The position numbers were made by a program, and so were the translations under genes. The notes under the pieces were generated by a model that searched no databases, was not told where the DNA came from, and saw nothing but the letters and a program-made list of their open reading frames with translations. A DNA stretch of 64,000 nt, taken from contig OZ281494.1 of NCBI GenBank assembly GCA_965637545.1, positions 682,001 to 746,000 on the forward strand, in the 5' to 3' direction. Source of the stretch: Phallusia mammillata. Lineage: Eukaryota. Shown one piece after another: positions 24,526 through 38,231 of the stretch (its first letter is position 1; each line of letters begins with the position of its first letter).

Positions 24526-27500
24526 TTATTTATAGTTTGAATAAGTGTCGAAATCAGACAGATATTGCATGACGACAGAGTAGCAGTATTTGTAGAGTTC
24601 CTGTAATAACAAAAACGGTAATAACGAGGATACTTATAAGTATACACCTTACTTGAATTACCTTGTTGTCGACCATATTAGGTCTCATATCTCTCAGGTC
24701 TTTCATAGTTCGGAATACATCCACCCGCTTTTGTGTCTTCAAACGTTCGAGAATGTTCACCAGAGCGATGAAGGTCCCAGTTCTCGTTGATCCGTTACTG
24801 CGGCATTACACGAAAGAATTTAGTAAGTTTAATTTAAGTGAATAAAACTCGAACGAATTTGATTAATGTAGTTTTCAATGTAGAGCTACAATAGTAAAAA
24901 TGACATTGTATGAAGCGTTTTATTAATTCAAGACATTTAATGAAGGTCGGTTGATTTTGAACCTAATATAATCAATTATTTTTCACCTGCATCCTACCAA
25001 CACACACTTGCAATTCTGTTTTTGCCGTTGCATTTCCTCAATAATTTTGATGAAATCCATTACTTTCGGAGGTCGTTCCACGTCACTCCATCCCTTTACT
25101 TGCAGAAGCTTCAATTGTTGGGCAGCCTGACAAGAAAATAAAGGTTGTATTCAACATGCGAGAACAAGAAGTATCGCAACTGCTTTGTTTTTATTATAGG
25201 TAAACTAAACTCACAAAGGCGGTGGTTGCAGACCAGACGTTGAGAGTTATCATATTGTGAACGTTGCCTTCATTCACATCACGAACCGATACCGAAATGT
25301 CTTCATATTGTAAAGCTGCATTGAGTGGAATCTAAAATGAGTAACATGTTTCAAAAGTATAAAACCATTTTCGGCAAAATTGTTGACAAACTTACATCAA
25401 TGCTGCTCTCCAAATCAACAACAACCAAAGCTTTCTTCTCGACAATCATCTTCCAGAAGTTTTCATGTTCTCCAGCTGCAGGATTTCTTGCCGCGATGAA
25501 ATCTGAAGACCCATGGTTCTGTATGTTAAACGAAAAACATAGTGTTTTTTGGAAATGTCGAAAACAGTTTTCCACATTGATCATTATAAGCGAATGTTAG
25601 TAATTTCACCTGAATGTATGAAGCATCCAACTCCTGAATGTTATGACTTTTGTTGTCCCAAAGTTTGACCGACGTGTTCTTATCTAAATTCATTTTTAAC
25701 AGGATAATTATAGATGTCCAACATTGTAAGACATTTATTTACATGTTCTCAGCTGTGGGTGATTTTCCTGCCATTTCTCGCCAAATCTCCAAGATGACAA
25801 TGTTTGGAATTCTTGCTCCAGCATTTCCTCTCTGTAATTTTACTTTGAATATAAGATGCCAGTTGTACATTGCAAGATCAACAACTAACAGTTATCGTGT
25901 TATTCGCATACATCACTATATTGTGAGTTGACACTATTTATCTGCTTATTAGCTGGTTTTACAATTAAGTCAACACTAGAAACGTCATAGGATTGCTCAC
26001 ATTTCACTCGAAGTCATTGATCGTAGTTCCGTAGCATCTTTATCTGTTTCCTTTAGACTCTCGCTCTCCATAAGCAGTTTGTAGACGTACATGTATTGTT
26101 TCTGTAACAATATTATCTTTTACAGTTTAAACCCTTTCTGCAAAAGTACATCCATGCAGCATTCTTTGCTTTACTTACAAAGCAACTTACATTTAAATAA
26201 TTTTGAATATCAAGGAAAATGTAACAAAAGCCGACATAGTTTGTCAAGCTCACCGAATTTTGAACCATGTCGATTCGATTCTTTCTCATTTTCAGAACAG
26301 TTCTTGGCACATCAACTGTTCTTTTGTCGTCAAGTTCATGAAACAATGTGTCCATTGCTATGTAAGTACCTGTGCGTCCCACTCCAGCACTGCATATAAG
26401 ACATATGTGTTATTGATTATTCAAAATAACATAGGGTTTGTCAAGTCTTTACCTGCAGTGCACGATGATTGGAGCATTTGTGTTTTGCAAATTATCGACC
26501 ATGTTACGTAAGTGGATCATGTTGGATGTAGTTACTGGAATCCCATGATCGGGCCAAGTTGTAAACTGCAACTGTGTTATGGTACGTTGTTCCTGGCAAA
26601 CGAAACAATTGTTCATTTTTCAAGGTTAAATGTATTTCTTTTTATATTTGCAATGTTGTATATGGGATCATATGAATTTGTGCATTTCCAATTAGCAGCC
26701 TGATGCGTTTGCATCTTGCTAACGAGTTAAACATTGTCTGCATTTGACCATGAATACCTGGCAGTAACATTGCTAATTATTTCTAATGTTCAAGAAAACA
26801 AAATCATCAACAACAACCTTATTATCAACCAACTGACTAGAACCTATTCGTTACAAACATTTTACTTACTGTTGTCGTGAATATGACGAACTGTCGTTGA
26901 ACGATTCCACCGATAGTTATTTCCAGTTGTGTTCGAACTGAAAGGCCAGCGGTCAAATTCCTTTGAGATTCTACCTCGGGCCAGTATTGTTCACATTTTG
27001 GCTGCAGAAAAACCGGTTTTGCAAAACCAACAAAAGTTAGTAAACCACTAGACTATTATGTTTACCGTAACATGGTTTACAATTGAAACTTGTGCAGTCA
27101 CGTAAGACAATAATTAAACTCAGTGGAATGGAGTTGAATATTTTTTAAATAAACAAAAGTGCAATCATGTTGACATGGTAAAGGTTAATTTTCTGTTGTA
27201 GGTCGCTCATTATCAGCAGTTAGAAAAATTACCTTTCCGTTTTCCACCAAGCCAGTAAGCATTACGATGATGTTGGAGTTTTCCTGCCAAACCATCAACC
27301 AGAAATCGTTGATTGTCTCCTTCTTCGGACCCTGAGTGGCGATGAACTTCTTCTGGTTATTGTAACCCGGTATATAAGCGGCGTTGATGTAATCGTTTCC
27401 ACCGCTTCCTTGCAAAACCACCCGAGCATGATCGTCTATTGAACAACCACAAGTTGTGCAGAAAGTCAATTGTACACGTATCAGTTGCATTGTAATAAAC

Positions 27501-30500
27501 GGCTAGTACAGGAAAGTAATGACCTCTTAATGCTGGCCGTTCGTACACTTTTAGATTTTCGTTTTGGCTGGTATTTCTTGAAAAACATGTTGTGACTTTA
27601 ACAATCAGATAGTCAATTGACTTGTCTCCAGCACAAATGAAACAAAAAAGAACAAACGTCTGATATAACCACCTTTGGGTTGCCTAATAATTTCTGATTT
27701 GAACAAGAAAACTATAAGAATGCAAAAAGCAGTGCACTGTTTATAGATATCATGAGTTATACCGCCAGATCTATTTAAATTTCATGCGTTTTCTGGAAGA
27801 AGTAGAAACAAAATGAAACACTGTCAAAACATATGTCCATTCCAATAAAATCTGTCTTTAACACAGGTATGTTTGAGCGCAAGTGTAATGCAAACAACAT
27901 CGATTTGATGTTTATCTTGTTTGTTTGGAAATCGGGTGTCTATTTAACGGAAAATATTTACCTTTTCACTATGTTTACACAATGTGTTTAAAGCATACGT
28001 TGTAATCCAGCCTTCAGCCATTTATTTGCTGGTCGATAACGAAACAGCCACGTTTAGATTTCTGTACTGGAATAATGCACAAGACATAATCCGCAAAACT
28101 TTATTATTGCCTTTGTGTGGAATAAAATTGTGACAAAATACTCTCGCATGTAATGTTGGGTACAGTTGCTTACAAACAACAGTGAAATTGAACAATTTTT
28201 TGTCATAAAAGTTGCTTAGACCCTAGTCGCTGTGAGACCAATTTACTGATTTGTTATTCGACTTTACCATATTGCCAACTTTAATACTTACACGGGAAAA
28301 TGTTCTTGTAGCGGTTTTTCACAGCGTTTTGCGGCAACTGTGACACGTCCCTTGTCCTCTGGTTGTTTTTGCATTGGTTTTGGATTTTCTAAATTAAAAA
28401 TAAGTATTGTGTAAATGATAACATCCCAAAATATCGTTTTTATTTACGGCATCTTAAATTTTACGAAAACAAAAACGAAATTAACCACTTATAAAAATAT
28501 CGGCGAAAGCGAAACCACCATGACATGTTATATTGCCTACACAGTATACTAACCATATAGGCATTGATTTGCATCAAAACAAACCTCAAATTCGTTGGCA
28601 AAAAGAAATCCCGACTCAACATTTTTCTTGAACAACTCAAACAAGTTCGAATTCGACCTGGCTTCATGCGCTACGTTTTGGTAGGCACCGTTTCCAACTT
28701 AAAACAATTTTTGTTTAATATTCGCAAAGAAACGACTCTATCGCTATGATTTAAACATTTGCACGATTGTAAGAAATAAAAACCCACAGTATCTGCACAT
28801 TTTTGTGCGTGAAAGTGTTTAGCAATTTACAAGTTAAAGCAGTTTTTATGTTTTTTTATTGTTGGTAGCACACAGGAAGAAATCGTCAAGTAAGAATGTA
28901 AGTAGCTACCTGGTGGTAATCGTGAAGAATTATGATAAGAAACTTCTGCTTGTAAAGGTAGATCCTTGCTTGGTCTGTAAACGCAATAGAACAGTTTCAC
29001 TTATAAAGAGTTTTTATTTCCAATGAAAATCCCATGTAAAAGTTTCACTATTTTAGAACACACATTGTTTTATCTTTATGTTGGTGCGTGAGGATCAGTG
29101 GATAACAATATATCATGCATCGACTGAAGCTATTACCCAAATGCGTGGTGAGCCAAATCAATTGTTGACAAACCTTTGTCTTCGACGAATAAACATGACC
29201 ACCAGCCCAACAATGACAAATAACAGAAGCAACAGCCCGATCACCACACCAGCAATCAATGCAACATTCGTTGCAGGATTGGCGGTGTTATTTCTAGAAA
29301 AACAGCTTGAAGTGGGATTACCGGGAGTTGTTACTGTCAGATTGGATGTGATGTTTGTGTTGATTGAACCAGCGACAATCACTGCAATCTAGAATACAAA
29401 GAGTAAATTGACAATTACTGTGACCTGCGGTACAAAACATGGTTGGTTTAGTATTTATGATTTGTTTTGTTAGCTTAATACTGAAAGAAAACTAGACTTA
29501 CCTGAAATTCATACAAAGTAGAATGAACGAGACTTCCTATTTCTGTAGATTTATTGAAATATGGAACAGAGGTTGTTTGATTCAGTCCATGGACATAAAG
29601 CTCAACCTGTATGTGGTTTCAGAGGTTCAAGTCAAATTATGACAGATTATAACAAAACTTTGTTTAATATTCAAATGCACAAGAATTAAACATCAACACA
29701 CATGTTCTCGCACCTGTGCTGTTAAATTGTTTCTGTTGATAAATTATTTAAGTCCAGTCCAACTGACAAGCACAATTGAAGCGTTGCATGGGAAAATCTG
29801 TGCCGTCGCGTTTACTACAATTTCGTTGCATTGAAAATGTTAATATTATTTGGAAATCTACATGAACGATCACAGTTCGCCAGGCCCATTAAAGGCGTCA
29901 TACCGAATCAGCCGGTCACCAAGTATTCACCACTATATTACAAGGCGAAGTCTAGAAAAATCTATAGATATATAGCCTGCGGTGGGAATTGAACGATTTA
30001 TGTTTTGCTCTGCATCGTTTACGTCTGGTATATGCATTTGGATTACAATGTATTAAAGCAATACCGCTCAAATTTCTTGCTCAGAAATACTAGAATAATC
30101 AGGACAAGGTTAGAACTGACAACTTTGTGAGCACTGACCAATCAGCCATCAAGTAAACACTTTACTCGCTGCTCAGAAAGAAATATTACCTGGATATTTA
30201 ACCGGTTTTATTTCCGTAAAGAAAAAGAGATTTACCTTTAGGATAGCAGCTTTGAGGGGGATTACCCGGAGTTGTTACTGTCAGATTGGATGTGATGTTT
30301 GTGTTGATTGAACCATTGACAAACACTGTGATCTTAGTAAAAAAAACAGTACAAAATAAACTTTATGTTTCACATTCTTTTTAATAGACAATAAGTTATT
30401 TTTCTGTTTAACCACTTCTAAAGTAGCTGACCTGGAATTCGTAGAAAGTGGAGTAAGTAAGATCTTCTATATACGTGGAATTGTCTGAATACGGAACAGA

Positions 30501-32758
30501 TATTGTCAGATTAAAATCCCTGACGCGAATCTCGACCTGCATGTTTGTGACATATTTTTCATTTGATAAGAAACAACGACAAAAATGTATGTTTTACTAC
30601 CTGAGCTGTTAGATTGTTAATGTTGATGAATTGGTCAAGTCCAGTCCAACTGACAAGCACAGTAGAAGCGTTGCATGGAAATATCTTTGCAGTCGCGTTT
30701 ACTATGAACAACGTTGTTAAAGGTGGAAGTAGTAAATAGTTCCTTATAAATAATTGGAATTGAATATTCAACATAACACGTTGGCTTGCACAGAATCGCT
30801 TACTAAAACATATTTCCTATGCATGTTACTAATTTTAAACGAAACTTGAATCCATAACAGTAATAGGAAAACCACAATCCAGGCTGGGTAGTGAGCGATT
30901 ACAGGTTTTGTTGTTTTATAATTACTTACGTTTTACTTGACAAGCGTAGTAAGCCGGTTCACCACTGCAGTTCATGCTTGACTGCTCCCATCCGATCCCA
31001 TAATGCAATGCTCCTTGCTGGCAAGTTGTAACGTTGGAAACGGGAAAGTTTGCCGGAGATCCGTCGCCCCAATACCAACCATTTAACGAAGTGTTGTAAC
31101 GAGCTCCGATCAGAACATTGATATCTTAAAAATGCTTGTGTTGGTGTACCCAAATCATCATGGTTGTTTTTGCGTTTTTTTTTAAAAATATAATCGCTTA
31201 CTTGGTGTCAGAAACGATCCTTTGGAAATGTTAAAACTTTCATATGACGCATTAACACTTCGCAATTTATACGAATTTATGCCACCGTTGTAGTTAAATA
31301 TTTCTTTTTGGCGTTTCCTCTTGGTAGTGTCGGAAAACAAAGAAAACTGTAAGGTCCATCCTGCAAATATCACATATTGTAACAAATGTGTCTGTTGTTG
31401 CTGACTAAATGAAACAGCTAAAACTATTAATTTGCAATCGGCTTCTTTGCGATATCTAAAGTAACTGATTTGTTTCAACTCACACCGTTCCATTTTCCTT
31501 CACTATCCGGCCCTTCACATGTTGTCCCAATATCTACTCTCCACTTGTAATCCGGTTCTGTCCAAGCATCGCAGAAATAAATGGATTCCATCGTATTTTT
31601 GACATTACTGTTGGACAAAAGTGGTTGTGTTAATTTTGACAAACAAATTTGAAACATTATTTGTCGTCAAATAATCTGATAAAGTTTTTAACCTTTCATA
31701 CAAATCGAAATACCACAGATGTCCAAGAGATTTTGTACTTTTCCAAGGATACACTTCATTCAAATTATACGAGTATTTGTATCGCCTATTTTCGTCTTCG
31801 TAAAAAATATAAACCCGCTGTAAATCTGAAACAAATGTTTATTCAATATATTAAAAATTACAATTAAAAATGTTTTTTTATTTATAAAAAGCCACCACAA
31901 ACCTGTTGTGTATTTGTCTGTCATGAGTTTAGTGAGAGTTGCGTTGATCTGTGGGTCATCAGTCATTGCAAGATTTCCACCCAGCAAAGAACACTTCTCC
32001 TGTGCAGTGTTTGCATCCACAAGATCGTCAGATAATATTAACACACTGTCTTTCACTGCCTCCACAGTGTTATTGCAAGCTAAAAAATCAATTCGCGGTT
32101 AGTTTACATTTTTCCTAAGTAATGATTATGTACTTTGTAATCCAGAGTGATTACGCTCTGAAGCAAAAACACAAACACTATTTATGATTTTTACTGTTAC
32201 TAAGAAGGACGAACGTGACTTTGAACAACAATACTATGGTCCATCCCAAACTGTAATTCGGAAGCAAAGATACTTCAGATGCTTTTGTATTTGTTTCATG
32301 ACACCAAAATGCGTAACGTTGGTTTCGTGAGCAAAACGTTTCTTTGTCGACCAAGTTAAATGTCCGATGTCTATTTTCATAATAACTTTCTTTAGTTTGT
32401 TTAGAGCTCAAACAGGGCTGGGTTACGCAACTACCGTACGATGATTTATAACAAGGATGATTTTAACAGATGTAACCAACTTCCATCGATGTAATCAGCT
32501 GAATTTAAAAAAATCGCAAAACTTTTGCTAGAAATGCCAATGCCAGAAACAATTCATTTTTGTTGGAGAACATTTGTTTAATTCCTGAAGTATGAAAGTA
32601 AAACACTATTTTTGTACAGTAAAAAATACTTCAAAAAACTTTTATTTCATGTATTTAACGCTAGTAGGCTACTTACTGTTTGCTTGTCCCGTCGAATACT
32701 GAATAAAAGTTAAAACCAAAAATGTCCTCAAGTCATTACTCTTTATAGCTGAGAGCAT
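24526..32758 (-). CDS. Paralog C: complete receptor-type PTP (split CTLD, 2xFN3-like, TM, D1, D2), 27 exons
   Basis: Signal exon 32677-32758 ([27 protein letters not shown]); CTLD exon 1 31903-32079; insert exons ~31692-31824, 31490-31610, 31203-31360; CTLD exon 5 ~30930-31124; two FN3 triplets; TM exon 29174-29388. D1 has KNRYKNIFP (~28290-28388), [38 protein letters not shown]2 ends FDTYSNYK* at 24526. Confidence 0.9.
29870..30030 (-). mobile_element. tRNA-derived SINE copy in an intron of paralog C
   Basis: The reverse complement gives a B-box remnant GTTCAATTCCCACCGCAGG and body GACCGGCTGATTCGGT..ACGCCTTTAATGGGCCT, matching the SINE at 61209-61470. Confidence 0.7.
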
Positions 32759-34298
32759 TTTATTCAATTCCCTGGTGAACAAGATGTTTGAAAAACAATT
32801 TTTGCGTAAATCAAAGCAAACTTCATTTATGACAGATGACAAGTATTTGTTTCTTTTAGAAGAATAGGTTATTCCTGAGATCGCCTGAAATCTTTTTCAC
32901 CTTCCAGCAGTCTTATTTAACTGACCCCATACACTGCACATATGCAAGTTTGCTACTCCTGATTAACAATGCCTTGTTGCTTTGCCTCTGAGTCATCGTC
33001 TACATAGCAGTTTCCTGTGCCTAGTTGAAATCATCTAGTTGCGTTGCACAAGGGCTACGTGGAAAGCATGACATAATGCTGCATTTATATTCAAACGTTT
33101 ATCCATCATTAACTTCGAAATGAATTTATTACTTGAATATGCTGTAAAACTGCATTGTTAAGCACAGTTTAGTGTATACTGGTGAAGACATCACAACCAA
33201 CAAGTTAACTTCGTATTTCCTACGTATTTCTGTGCAGCAACATCGCATAGTGTGCTTTATGACAAGCGTACTTTTATAGGCTGTAGGCAACTATTTCCGG
33301 CTTGGTAATATTTTCTGTATAATTGTTCTTCCATGTTTTTTCACCAACAGAAATAATGCAAACTAAACTTAATCTATTGATCCCACTATCCCACAATCTA
33401 CTTGTCTAAGTCGAGTTTCACTAAATTCTCTCCCATGCAAGATTTCGACAAACAACTCATTGCAATGACGATGTTGCTGCCACGCTTTTTGTCACGATCT
33501 AGCAACTGTGGCTTCCACTTTTCTCGCTTTCCAAACTTTAAGCTTACGGGTCTGGTAATTGCTTTAGTGAAATTTTGCAACAAAACCTGACTTTCATTAA
33601 CTGCTCTTAGTGTATCTGTTTTCAAAACACCATCTCCATCCCTACTGTCTGTTGACCGGATATATGGTCAATAGTTATAAAATGGATTCATTGATGACAA
33701 CATCGGTCGGACAAACCCGTTTGTTTGCTTACAGAATGAAAGTGATTTAAAACAAATCTTACCATCTGTGATTTCTGGCCCAAACTAAGACGATAATTAA
33801 AAGTAACAGGAAACTGAAAGTGGCAGTGGTCATTAGAATCTGGCGATCATCAAATAAAAGGACGATTTGAAAAAAAAATGCCGATGACGATTATGTAACG
33901 GTGTCATGTGAGATGTCAAATACAAAAGAAGGTGATATCAATATGATTTTATCTTTTTCATGTTCTATATCGTATTTTTGATGGTGATTGGCGTCAAGCA
34001 AGCATGCTTGCAATACGTCAACTTTAAGTGGAGTTCACTTAGCTAATCGTCTACATTAGATTCCACTTTCTTTTTTGTGTAACACTTTATAGTTTAAGCG
34101 TAAACGTACTGTTTTATTGCAGGAAATTTTATATTTTGGTTCTAAGCGTTTTCGGCTATCAGATTAACTGGGTTTTCGAGGAAACGTTCATTTCTATTTG
34201 AATAAGGTTGATGTCGGCATAGGAATTTTAAGCCATAAGCTCTAAAGTATCAAATTAATTTGTGCATTTTGAATATCTGATTTTGCTAAAAAAGAAAT

Positions 34299-34982
34299 AT
34301 GGGAGGATCAACAACTGCCACTAAGATGGACAAGATGTTAAAAGCTCTGGAGGAAATAAAGATTCGCCAGGACAAGTTTGAAACCAAAATGGAACAGGTT
34401 GAATCTAACCCCGCTACTACTTTTTCAAAAGGTGCTCCTGCGGAAGATCTGCAAAAGGAAGTGAAGGCAATGCGCTCTACCCTTTCTGCCCTCGAACAGG
34501 AGATGAAAAGCTTCAGAGAAGTGATCTCAGACTGCCAACAAAGTGTTGACGACCTGGAGCAATATGGAAGAAGGAATTGCCTAATCCTTCATGGAGCTAA
34601 AGACATACCCAAGGGGAGTTACTCTGACTTGGTAGAATATACTTTAAAGTTTTTTAATACAAAACTAAAACTTAAGTTCCAGGTAACTGCCATGGACATT
34701 GACATTGCTCATGTCCTGCCGGCAAAAAAGGGTACTCCATTGATAATTAAATTTGTCAGAAGATCAGTCAGAAACTCCATATTTTTTAGTAAACGACAAC
34801 TTGCTCGAACCGGGTTTACCATCACTGAGTCGCTGACGAAGAGACGGCTACAGTTGCTGAGAAAGGTCCAAGAAAAGGTTGGAATGAGATCAGCTTGGAC
34901 CAACAATGGTACAATTTTCATTTGTGTCAATGACAAAAAAAAGGTAATACGTAGCCTAGATGACTTACAATCCGTATCCTAA
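34299..34982 (+). CDS. LINE ORF1 protein (coiled coil plus RRM/CTD-type nucleic-acid-binding region), 227 aa
   Basis: Heptad-rich N-terminal half, then LEQYGRRNCLILHG, DIDIAHVL, PLIIKF, ITESLT and AWTNNGTIFI, which are typical CR1/L2-group ORF1 motifs. It lies directly upstream of ORF2. Confidence 0.88.
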   Translation: MGGSTTATKMDKMLKALEEIKIRQDKFETKMEQVESNPATTFSKGAPAEDLQKEVKAMRSTLSALEQEMKSFREVISDCQQSVDDLEQYGRRNCLILHGAKDIPKGSYSDLVEYTLKFFNTKLKLKFQVTAMDIDIAHVLPAKKGTPLIIKFVRRSVRNSIFFSKRQLARTGFTITESLTKRRLQLLRKVQEKVGMRSAWTNNGTIFICVNDKKKVIRSLDDLQSVS

Positions 34983-35099
34983 AATGTCATACTAATATAT
35001 CAATGTCATATCGAAATTAGCACATAGTGTGGTATTTTCCTTCCTTTTATGTAATAATGCACTGATACTGTTACAAAAATTGAGCTCTGGCTACTCTGT

Positions 35100-38000
35100 A
35101 TGCTTACAAAAAGAACGCCTAAAAAACCTCAAGGAAACGCTCAATGTAAAGAACAACCTATCCCCTGTAAAAAATCATTGGATACAAACACCCAACTGCC
35201 ATATTCCTCCCTAACACATATCGAACTGTCTAATCTATTTGCCACCCATGATACAGACACCATCAACTCTATTTTTAACTGCAATGAAAATTTGAACCCT
35301 GTTGATCAATGTGACAATGATTGCCTAAATGAAGAAAACTCTTCTGCCTGTCACTATGTTTTATCAAATAGTATCCCAGCAAATGCTCCTTCCAAAGGTA
35401 GTTTCTCAGCAATGTGTATTAATATTAGATCATTAGTAAATCCTAGAAACTTTTCAAAGCTTGAATGCTTGATCAACAACATGAATATTAAACCAACAGT
35501 CATCTGTGTAAATGAAACTTGGATTAAGAAAAATGCTCCTGGTGTTCATTGTAATCTCCCTGGCTATAATTTTATATCAAACAGTCGTACCATCAGCAAT
35601 GGGGGAGGAGTAGGTTTATATGTTAACAATAATGTATCATATTCTATATGTGATAATCTTACCATTATGAAAGAAAAAATATTTGAATCTATTTTTATCC
35701 AAATTGCTTTTCCACATACAAAAATCATATGTGGAACCATTTACAGGTCACCAGGACAGGACCACAAAAGCCAAACTGACTTTCTGGATACATTAACTAC
35801 GTCACTTTCAGTAATACACAATAAGAAATCTCCTACTTATATACTTGGAGACTTTAACTACAACTTACTAGACGCAAACAACAGTCATGTTGATAGTTTT
35901 ACCATGTCACTTTTTGATAAATCATTTATTCCTCTGATCAACAAACCTACACGAATTACAGACACATGTAGTACATGCATTGACCATGTATGGACAAACA
36001 ACCACAAACACAAAACCACCAACAGTATATTGCTAGATTCCGTGTCAGACCATTTGCCTGTCATAACGTGCACAGATATAAAAACAATAAAGAGTGCGGA
36101 GGCCGCTAGACAACGAAATTTTTGTAAGAAAAACATTGATAGATTTAAATTGCTACTTGAAGAAGTCGATCTTTCACAACTTATGACCCAAAATGACCCC
36201 AACATTGCTTATAGTTTATTAACTGGGATAATTGACAAACATTTTGCAAGTTGTTTTCCATTTAAATTAGCAAAACCACCACATGAAATCAACACATGGT
36301 TTGATCAGGATCTACACAGTTTACACCTTTTTAAGCAAAACTTATACAGAAAGTACATGAATAAAAAGACAGATTGTAGAAAGGAAAAATACAACAAAAT
36401 ACGTAACATTTACACACATATGCTGACTAAGAAAAAACAGGACCACTATCACACATTGTTTTCTACTATAAAACAAAACAGCAAACAGACATGGGCCACA
36501 ATCAATAAATTGCTTGGGCGGGTCAAAACAAAATCATCCAGTCCAATATTAATTGATGGATATGCTACTACTGAAGCCAAGGAAATAGCCAATCACTTCA
36601 ACCAATACTTTGGCACGGTTGCTAAAAATCTAGCCGCAAAATTAGATCCCCCAAACAAACCATATCATTCTTACATGACAAAAGTCTGCCCGGATTCCAT
36701 GTTCTTATACCCAACCTGTCCTGGTGAACTTGGTCAAATCATACAATCCATGAAACCTAAAATGAGTTGTGGCTTCGATGAAATTCCTGTAAAAGTTATA
36801 AAAAGTTTTGGTGAAAATGTAAAACTTGGACTAAGCCATGTTTTTAACTTGTCACTCCGGTCTGGTACATTTTTAAGTGGTTTTAAAGAGGCAAAAGTAA
36901 TTCCAATACATAAGAAAGGTGATAGGAAACTAGTATCAAACTATCGACCAATAAGCTTGCTCTCAAACCTATCCAAAGTACTAGAAAAACTAGTTTACAA
37001 TAGAGTATATTCTTTCTTAAGGTCAACAAACTTTTTCACTGACTGCCAATTCGGCTTCAGAAAACAACACTCAACTTGCCATGTTACAACCAAATTAATA
37101 GCGGATGTTACTGAGAGTTTAAACAATAAGCATCATACCATGGGCATATTCCTTGACTTATCAAAAGCTTTTGACACAATTGATCACAATATAATGATAA
37201 ATAAACTGTATTCTTGTGGGATTAGAGGTGTGGCACTGGATTGGTTTGAGAGCTACCTTAATGGTCGATCACAACGAGTTTTTTATAATGGTTCTATATC
37301 ATCTAATAAAATGGATATTCCACTAGGAGTCCCCCAAGGCTCTCTGTTAGGTCCCCTACTTTTTATTATATATGTCAATGACCTTCCGAGTTGCTTGCAG
37401 TATGGCTCTCCTCTAATGTTTGCTGATGATACGACTATCATAATAAGTGCAAAATCTAAAAATGAACTGGAAAAAAGGGCTAACTTAGAAATGGAAGCTA
37501 TATATAATTGGTTGGTTGCAAATAAACTCACCCTAAATATAAGCAAAACCAAAACAATGGTGTTTCATTCAAGTGGACATCATACTGTAAATGTGGCCAT
37601 CAAAGGTAAAAATCTTCAACAAGTACAATCTCTGTCATTTTTAGGTGTAATCCTCAATGAAAGGCTGTCTTGGAAGGAGCATATTAATAAACTTTATCAA
37701 ACATGCAAGCGTAACCTTGCAATTGTGATAAAAATCAAAAACTATTTGAATAGAGACACCTTGTTAAGTTTGTACCATTCACTGATTATGCCTCACATTC
37801 GTTATTGCATAACAAACTGGCATCATGGTCAATCTGTACTAATTTCCAAATTACAGGGTATCTGCAGTAAATTCATTAAAATCATTTTTGGTGTTAGGGG
37901 CTCTCACAATGTCGAAAATGTGATGAGAAATAATGGCTTGCTCACAATTAACCAGCTTTATATGCTTGAAATATTAACTTTTATGCACAAGCATAACAAT

Positions 38001-38231
38001 AACATACTTCCAGCTATTTTTGCTGATTTCTTTAAGACCAACGTTACAACTATTTCGACACGTTCCAATTCTAACTATTTGAAACCTTTTGTTAGTGGTA
38101 GTGTCCATCAGCAATCTATGCGATATATTGGCCCAAAAGCCTGGAATGACATTCCGTCAGATCTTCGAAATGCCAGTTCAACAAGACAATTTATTGCAAA
38201 CGTCACTTCGTTTTGTTCACACGAGTTTTAA
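35100..38231 (+). CDS. LINE ORF2: apurinic-like endonuclease plus reverse transcriptase, 1043 aa, uninterrupted
   Basis: APE motifs NIRS, VNETW, GGGVGLYV, GTIYRSP, GDFN, TCIDH, SDHLP. RT motifs NYRPISLL, QFGFR, FLDLSKAFDTIDH, GVPQGSLLGPLLF, FADDT, FLGV. C-terminal SMRYIGPKAWNDIP. Confidence 0.97.
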   Translation: MLTKRTPKKPQGNAQCKEQPIPCKKSLDTNTQLPYSSLTHIELSNLFATHDTDTINSIFNCNENLNPVDQCDNDCLNEENSSACHYVLSNSIPANAPSKGSFSAMCINIRSLVNPRNFSKLECLINNMNIKPTVICVNETWIKKNAPGVHCNLPGYNFISNSRTISNGGGVGLYVNNNVSYSICDNLTIMKEKIFESIFIQIAFPHTKIICGTIYRSPGQDHKSQTDFLDTLTTSLSVIHNKKSPTYILGDFNYNLLDANNSHVDSFTMSLFDKSFIPLINKPTRITDTCSTCIDHVWTNNHKHKTTNSILLDSVSDHLPVITCTDIKTIKSAEAARQRNFCKKNIDRFKLLLEEVDLSQLMTQNDPNIAYSLLTGIIDKHFASCFPFKLAKPPHEINTWFDQDLHSLHLFKQNLYRKYMNKKTDCRKEKYNKIRNIYTHMLTKKKQDHYHTLFSTIKQNSKQTWATINKLLGRVKTKSSSPILIDGYATTEAKEIANHFNQYFGTVAKNLAAKLDPPNKPYHSYMTKVCPDSMFLYPTCPGELGQIIQSMKPKMSCGFDEIPVKVIKSFGENVKLGLSHVFNLSLRSGTFLSGFKEAKVIPIHKKGDRKLVSNYRPISLLSNLSKVLEKLVYNRVYSFLRSTNFFTDCQFGFRKQHSTCHVTTKLIADVTESLNNKHHTMGIFLDLSKAFDTIDHNIMINKLYSCGIRGVALDWFESYLNGRSQRVFYNGSISSNKMDIPLGVPQGSLLGPLLFIIYVNDLPSCLQYGSPLMFADDTTIIISAKSKNELEKRANLEMEAIYNWLVANKLTLNISKTKTMVFHSSGHHTVNVAIKGKNLQQVQSLSFLGVILNERLSWKEHINKLYQTCKRNLAIVIKIKNYLNRDTLLSLYHSLIMPHIRYCITNWHHGQSVLISKLQGICSKFIKIIFGVRGSHNVENVMRNNGLLTINQLYMLEILTFMHKHNNNILPAIFADFFKTNVTTISTRSNSNYLKPFVSGSVHQQSMRYIGPKAWNDIPSDLRNASSTRQFIANVTSFCSHEF

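Noticed and set aside
26091-26703. Plus-strand ORFs overlapping PTP exons (also 10127-10493, 24663-24845, 49267-49563, 50149-50514)
   Set aside because: Antisense shadows of minus-strand exons, with no motifs of their own.
33398-33625. Coding fragment between paralog C and the LINE
   Set aside because: No recognisable motif, and open frames on both strands at chance length.
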